Source: an uncultured bacterium
Lineage (GTDB): Bacteria; Pseudomonadota; Gammaproteobacteria; Burkholderiales; CAIKXV01
Assembly: GCA_903873475.1 (NCBI GenBank)
Contig: CAIQON010000208.1
Coordinates: 628 to 64,627 of the forward strand
Reading direction: 5' to 3'
DNA: 64,000 nt
Part shown: positions 63,143 to 64,000 of the stretch, piece by piece
Position numbering within the stretch: position 1 is the first letter of the stretch
Layout: each line of letters begins with the position of its first letter
Program-made: the position numbers and the translations under genes
Notes under the pieces: generated by a model
Seen by the model: only the letters and a program-made list of their open reading frames with translations
Database searches by the model: none
What the model was told of the DNA's origin: nothing

Positions 63143-63649
63143 CTAGGGAACCTTGTGCTGCTGCTTGCGCAGCTTGCTCACGATACGGTTGCGCTTCAAC
63201 CGGGACAGGTGGTCGACGAAAACGATGCCTTCGAGATGATCCATCTCGTGCTGCACGCAGACGGCCAGCAGGCCTTCGGCCTTGAGCCGGAACGACTTGC
63301 CGTCGAGGCCGAGCGCTTCGACCTCTACCTGGGCGGGCCGTTCGACTTCGTCGAAGATGCCGGGAACCGACAGGCAGCCCTCCTCGCATGCCTGGATTTC
63401 CGCCGACTGCCCGAGGATGCGCGGATTGATCAGCGTGATCAGCTGGTCGTGCGCCTCGGAGATGTCGATCACGATGAGGCGCCGGTGCACGTCGACCTGC
63501 GTCGCCGCCAGCCCGATGCCCGGTGCGGCATACATGGTCTCGGCCATGTCGGCGGCGATCCGACGCACCTCGTCGTCGACACGCTCGATCGGGGCGGCAA
63601 CTTTCTGAAGGCGGGGGTCGGGGAAGTGGAGGATCGGGAGAAGGGCCAT
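63143..63649 (-). CDS. def: peptide deformylase (168 aa)
   Basis: ORF 63143..63649. All three deformylase motifs are present: [23 protein letters not shown]. Confidence 0.95.
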   Translation of the reverse strand: MALLPILHFPDPRLQKVAAPIERVDDEVRRIAADMAETMYAAPGIGLAATQVDVHRRLIVIDISEAHDQLITLINPRILGQSAEIQACEEGCLSVPGIFDEVERPAQVEVEALGLDGKSFRLKAEGLLAVCVQHEMDHLEGIVFVDHLSRLKRNRIVSKLRKQQHKVP

Positions 63650-63857
63650 AATTGCTTGCTAATCTAATGCATTAACCGCAGAATCTCATGCAACGTTTTA
63701 ACTCCGGTGTGCATCCGGCCGCCCAACGGCGATCTGGCGCTCGGTCGGTGCTCCGGCCCGACTCGTGCCCAGGACACCACGTGCAGCGCCGCCTCGCGCG
63801 TTTGTCCGGAGGTCAGAGTCCACATGCCACCGCGACGCGGCGGGGGAGACGACTGCC

Positions 63858-64000
63858 ATGATGCGCCCGACAGACAAGCCGATGACGCCCACCATTATAT
63901 CGCTCGCAATTGCCGGCGCAGCGCTGGTCTTTGCCGGCACGGCTGCTGCGCAGCCAGCCACGCCAGCCGATGCCCAGCGGCCCGCAGCGGTTGCGCCAGC
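63858..64000 (+). CDS. 5' end of a secreted protein gene (partial; LysM-type protein expected from synteny only)
   Basis: ATG ATG at 63858/63861. Hand translation: MMRPTDKPMTPTIISLAIAGAALVFAGTAAAQPATPADAQRPAAVAP..., a clear signal peptide. It runs off the window. Betaproteobacteria commonly have a LysM protein gene divergent from def, but no LysM sequence is visible here. Confidence 0.4.
   Translation, partial: MMRPTDKPMTPTIISLAIAGAALVFAGTAAAQPATPADAQRPAAVAP

Noticed and set aside
63698-63961. Minus-strand ORF 63698..63961 (87 aa), and an alternative plus-strand ATG at 63824 with a good GGAGG.
   Set aside because: Both give Arg/Cys-rich nonsense. The plus-strand frame from 63858 gives a textbook signal peptide and fits the conserved gene order next to def.
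1-64000. Looked for CRISPR arrays, tRNA/rRNA, IS elements/transposases/integrases, toxin-antitoxin pairs and known defence-system hallmarks (nucleases, helicases, methyltransferase/REase pairs, TIR/SIR2/STAND/reverse transcriptase).
   Set aside because: None recognised on either strand. The only methyltransferase is the housekeeping rsmB. The only repeats are the short tandem arrays reported above.

Overview
High-GC (roughly 70% by eye) betaproteobacterial, Burkholderiales-type chromosome segment. It is probably from a purple non-sulfur phototroph of the Rubrivivax type. That inference rests on an LH2 pucBAC operon, a PucA with an Ala/Pro-rich C-terminal tail, and many Bug/TctC-family binding proteins.

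Layout, left to right:
1. A lower-GC left edge with a Tat-exported FAD oxidase and small membrane proteins.
2. A Bug binding-protein gene divergent from an L-asparaginase gene, plus DUF2314 and MmgE/PrpD genes.
3. A 15-gene co-directional minus-strand catabolic block (9481-21881): DUF35, thiolase, IclR, CoA-transferase, SDR, PrpD, Bug, two VOC, NTF2-like, amidase, small AtzG/GatC-like protein, cupin, two Bug.
4. An arsenic island: gapdh-arsJ-arsR-arsC-acr3.
5. Dienelactone hydrolase, and a YrdC-like gene coupled to a Bug gene.
6. A Bug / ADP-forming acyl-CoA synthetase / enoyl-CoA hydratase / TauD-like block.
7. A TetR gene flanked by two promoters that share a palindromic motif. One drives a Bug gene. 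The other drives a 7-gene operon: thiolase, DUF35, Ldh2, an 805-aa tandem CoA-transferase fusion, CMD, amidohydrolase, TauD.
8. pucB-pucA-pucC, followed by an untracked 30-codon membrane ORF.
9. DASS and MFS transporters.
10. The central-carbon cluster tkt(frameshifted)-gap-pgk-pyk-fba(class I).
11. The conserved def-fmt-rsmB-DUF4390-ntrY-ntrX block.

I saw no rRNA, tRNA, CRISPR array, transposase, integrase or recognisable defence system. Most long ORFs in the six-frame track are out-of-frame or antisense high-GC artefacts and were discarded.

Nothing here is a clear-cut new system. The items most worth a second look:
- the amidase / small-subunit / NTF2 triad
- the single-chain double CoA-transferase
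- the shared operator around tetR
- the micro-ORF after pucC
- the tkt frameshift
- the degenerate AAA+ domain of NtrX
- several short tandem repeats

All family assignments come from motif recognition by eye. No searches or computations were run.
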